Origin: an uncultured Planctomycetales bacterium
GTDB lineage: Bacteria > Omnitrophota > Gorgyraeia > Gygaellales > Profunditerraquicolaceae
NCBI GenBank assembly: GCA_964421615.1
Contig: CAYQXW010000001.1
Location: forward strand, 1-27,114
Length of the DNA: 27,114 bases
Reading direction: 5' to 3'
The notes below the pieces were generated by a model. The model made no database searches. It saw nothing but the letters and a program-made list of their open reading frames with translations, and was not told where the DNA came from. This document shows, in pieces, positions 26,201 through 27,114 of this stretch. Numbering within the stretch: position 1 is the stretch's first letter; each line of letters begins with the position of its first letter. The translations under genes were made by a program, and so were the position numbers.

Positions 26201-26365
26201 GAATTCGATCCTTTAAAAGCAGCGGCGCCGGCCGACATAGATAAACCCCTCATGGAAAGAAATATCGGCGGCCTCGGGATCCATTTCGTTAAAAATCTCA
26301 TGGATGATTTCGAATACGAAAGATCCGGCGGCAAAAACATCGTGACGCTCACCAAAAACTTCTGA
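23258..26365 (+). CDS. Type IIA (Ca2+-type) cation-translocating P-type ATPase (about aa 1-897) reading in frame into an RsbW-like HATPase_c domain
   Basis: TGES, AAIPEGLP, CSDKTGTLT, KGAP, DPPR, MITGD, TGDGVNDAP, NLVTDGLPAL. The last ~138 aa form an anti-sigma/kinase-like domain with different codon usage. Confidence 0.88.
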   Translation: MKLVWHQEINDVEAVLNSNSNSGISNVEAKARLEKYGPNVLKEGKKITPLEIFIDQFKDFIVWILIGAALVSGFLKEWVDALAIVAIVVLNAILGFIQEYRAEKSLAALKKLSAPNSKVIRDGKNKLIPSSEIVVGDLVELEAGDYVPADSRLVWASSNFATLEASLTGESTPVMKTSLALEEKEVSLADRANMVYLGTSVSSGKSRALVFHTGMNTELGKIAGMIQDIKTEETPLQKKLEEFGKRIVVICFILVGLVFILGIIREGISKDHLIELFLTSVSLAVAAIPEGLPAVVTIALALGVQRMVKRNALIRKLPSVETLGCATVICSDKTGTLTKNEMTVQALYTLNNSFKVTGIGYNPNGQILAGDKNIDLKKYVDLEKLLSCSVLCNGAMLVVDKDNTKIVGDPTEAALLTVSAKVDIWKEKEEKNYVFVEEIPFDSERKKMTIVRRDKSDNIFAFVKGAPDMLINDCTKILDNGSIRELIAPDKEKILNKNMEFANNAMRVLAIAYRNIDNPRDKYDVCAIENNLVFVGLVAMIDPPRDEVREAIKICKSAGIRTVMITGDHKNTAVAIAKSLGFFHQESLAMTGEELDKVSDDELKEKIEKISVYARVSPEHKLRIVKAWRKKGQVVAMTGDGVNDAPAVKEADIGVAMGITGTDVTKEVSDMVVTDDNFASIVSAVEEGRGIYDNIKKFIHYLLSCNTGEILVMFSASLFGLPIPLLPIHILWVNLVTDGLPALALGVDPVDKKIMNRQPRKQNEPVITKKNMLLMLMQGAFIAFCSLLAFCFVMYVEKEGLARGRTAAFIVLSCSQLFHSFNCRSQVESLFKLGVFTNMKLIAANFVSFSLQMMVVYVPFFQKIFKTEALSLTDWLFVIAVASLPLWGMELYKIFVKTKEENKMVISNKLPELARVAEFIESLGEKWGVSQKAVIDINVCMEELIVNTISYGYPDKGRHEIEITVTREERAIKIRIEDGGCEFDPLKAAAPADIDKPLMERNIGGLGIHFVKNLMDDFEYERSGGKNIVTLTKNF
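25949..26365 (+). other. RsbW/anti-sigma-factor-like ATP-binding (HATPase_c) domain in the higher-GC segment
   Basis: NKLPELARV..F, N-box EELIVNTISYGY, G1 EDGGCEFDP, G2 IGGLGIHFVKNLMD, Y.R.GGKN.VTL.K. Confidence 0.85.
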
Positions 26366-26367
26366 AA

Positions 26368-27114
26368 ATGCATAAAAAATACAATGTCGAAAAAGGTCAA
26401 ATGACGGAACTTTCGCCTGAAGCCCTTCCGCTTTTAAAAAGCAGCGGCCTCTACGGCGACGACCTGCGGCCGGTAAAGATCGCGAGCCGGGGCTGGACAT
26501 ACGTCGATTTCGCGGCGCTTTGGATCAGTATGAGCATCTGCATTCCCACATACTCGCTCGCGTCCGGTTTGATAACGAGCGGAATGAATTGGTGGCAGGC
26601 TATTTTCACTATATTCGCCGGAAATTTTATAGTACTGATACCCATGGTCTTAATAGGGGCCGCGTCCACCAGATATGGAATTCCCTATCCGGTTTTCTGC
26701 CGCGCCTCATTCGGAACGAAAGGCGCGCATTTTCCGGCGATACTCCGCGCCGGCGTCGCGTGCGGATGGTTCGGCATCAACTGCTGGATCGGGGGCGAGT
26801 TCTTATATAGCGCTCTGTTCGTGACTTTTCCAATAATATCGGCCGTGCCGCACGCTAAATTCATTTCATTTCTTCTTTTCTGGGCCGTCAACGTATATCT
26901 TGCCTATAAGGGAAACGAAATGATAAGGCGGATGAATATTTTTGCCACTCCGGTTCTCACGGCCGCCGGGTTTGCGGTCATATTCTGGGCTTTATATGAA
27001 GCGGGTTCGGTCGCCTGGCTTTTTTCAGCCACTTCAAGGATAACGTCCAACGGCGCAAGCGCTTCTTTCACGGCGCTGTTTCTTCCGTCGCTCAACGCGA
27101 TGATAGCCTACTGG
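26368..27114 (+). CDS. NCS1-family nucleobase:cation symporter (cytosine/uracil/allantoin/hydantoin permease type), 3'-partial
   Basis: Open frame of 249 codons from ATG 26368 to the window end: DLRPVKIASRGW...ALWISMSICIPTY.LASGLI..GMNWWQA...YGIPYPVFCRASFG.KGA..PA.LRA.VACGWFGINCWIGG...NAMIAYW. Missing from the track because it has no stop in the window. Confidence 0.92.
   Translation, partial: MHKKYNVEKGQMTELSPEALPLLKSSGLYGDDLRPVKIASRGWTYVDFAALWISMSICIPTYSLASGLITSGMNWWQAIFTIFAGNFIVLIPMVLIGAASTRYGIPYPVFCRASFGTKGAHFPAILRAGVACGWFGINCWIGGEFLYSALFVTFPIISAVPHAKFISFLLFWAVNVYLAYKGNEMIRRMNIFATPVLTAAGFAVIFWALYEAGSVAWLFSATSRITSNGASASFTALFLPSLNAMIAYW

Larger units (their letters stand above)
25946..27114. 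other. Compositionally foreign segment (about 50% GC) joined to the AT-rich sequence
   Basis: C-ending codons: 0 of the 29 codons at 25862-25948 versus 7 of the next 29. Sampled 60-nt lines after the junction are 37-68% GC. Confidence 0.85.

Noticed and set aside
25040-27095. Small track ORFs at 25040-25357, 25093-25299, 26035-26244, 26113-26400, 26213-26500, 26451-26669, 26520-26810, 26685-26891 and 26904-27095
   Set aside because: They are shadows of the ATPase, the HATPase domain and the NCS1 frame. Their higher density after 26,000 follows from higher GC giving fewer stop codons.
25900-27114. Calling the high-GC segment a mobile element or genomic island
   Set aside because: No integrase, transposase, att-like repeat or tRNA at the boundary, and the cargo is ordinary chromosomal genes.
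1-27114. Alternative genetic code, tRNA/rRNA genes, CRISPR arrays
   Set aside because: TGA, TAA and TAG all end conserved genes at expected positions. The intergenic gaps are short and show no cloverleaf, rRNA-like or repeat-spacer pattern on manual reading.

Overview
Gene-dense bacterial chromosomal segment in genetic code 11, AT-rich (sampled 60-nt lines mostly 25-38% GC) and almost entirely on the + strand. Gene order: compact uvrC, single-domain O6-alkylguanine methyltransferase, PEGA protein, processive-type GT2, PilT/PilU-family ATPase, prfB (programmed +1 frameshift), secA, lnt, MFS; then a CDF transporter on the - strand; then glgC, DUF355 adenosine-kinase-like protein, LpxL-family acyltransferase, a 64-aa membrane protein, bioY, a secreted protein, a HAD hydrolase, a secreted alpha/beta protein, a CsgG-like lipoprotein, a 26-aa bL37-like basic peptide, feoA, feoB, a ThiI-like PP-loop enzyme, an AmmeMemoRadiSam radical SAM enzyme and a type IIA P-type ATPase. 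The gene content resembles Omnitrophota (inference, not verified). At about 25,946-25,950 the composition and codon usage switch abruptly (about 50% GC, many C-ending codons). The P-type ATPase reads in frame into an RsbW-like HATPase domain, followed by an NCS1 permease that runs off the window end. This is most simply a chimeric join, but it could be a real recombination fusion. The most notable signals are that junction, a PilT paralogue with four degenerate catalytic motifs, the unannotated bL37-like peptide, an LpxL-family protein lacking the acidic residue of its HX4D/E dyad, and a probably leaderless CDF transcript. No tRNA, rRNA, CRISPR array or transposase was seen. I cannot support a clearly new multi-gene system from the sequence alone.
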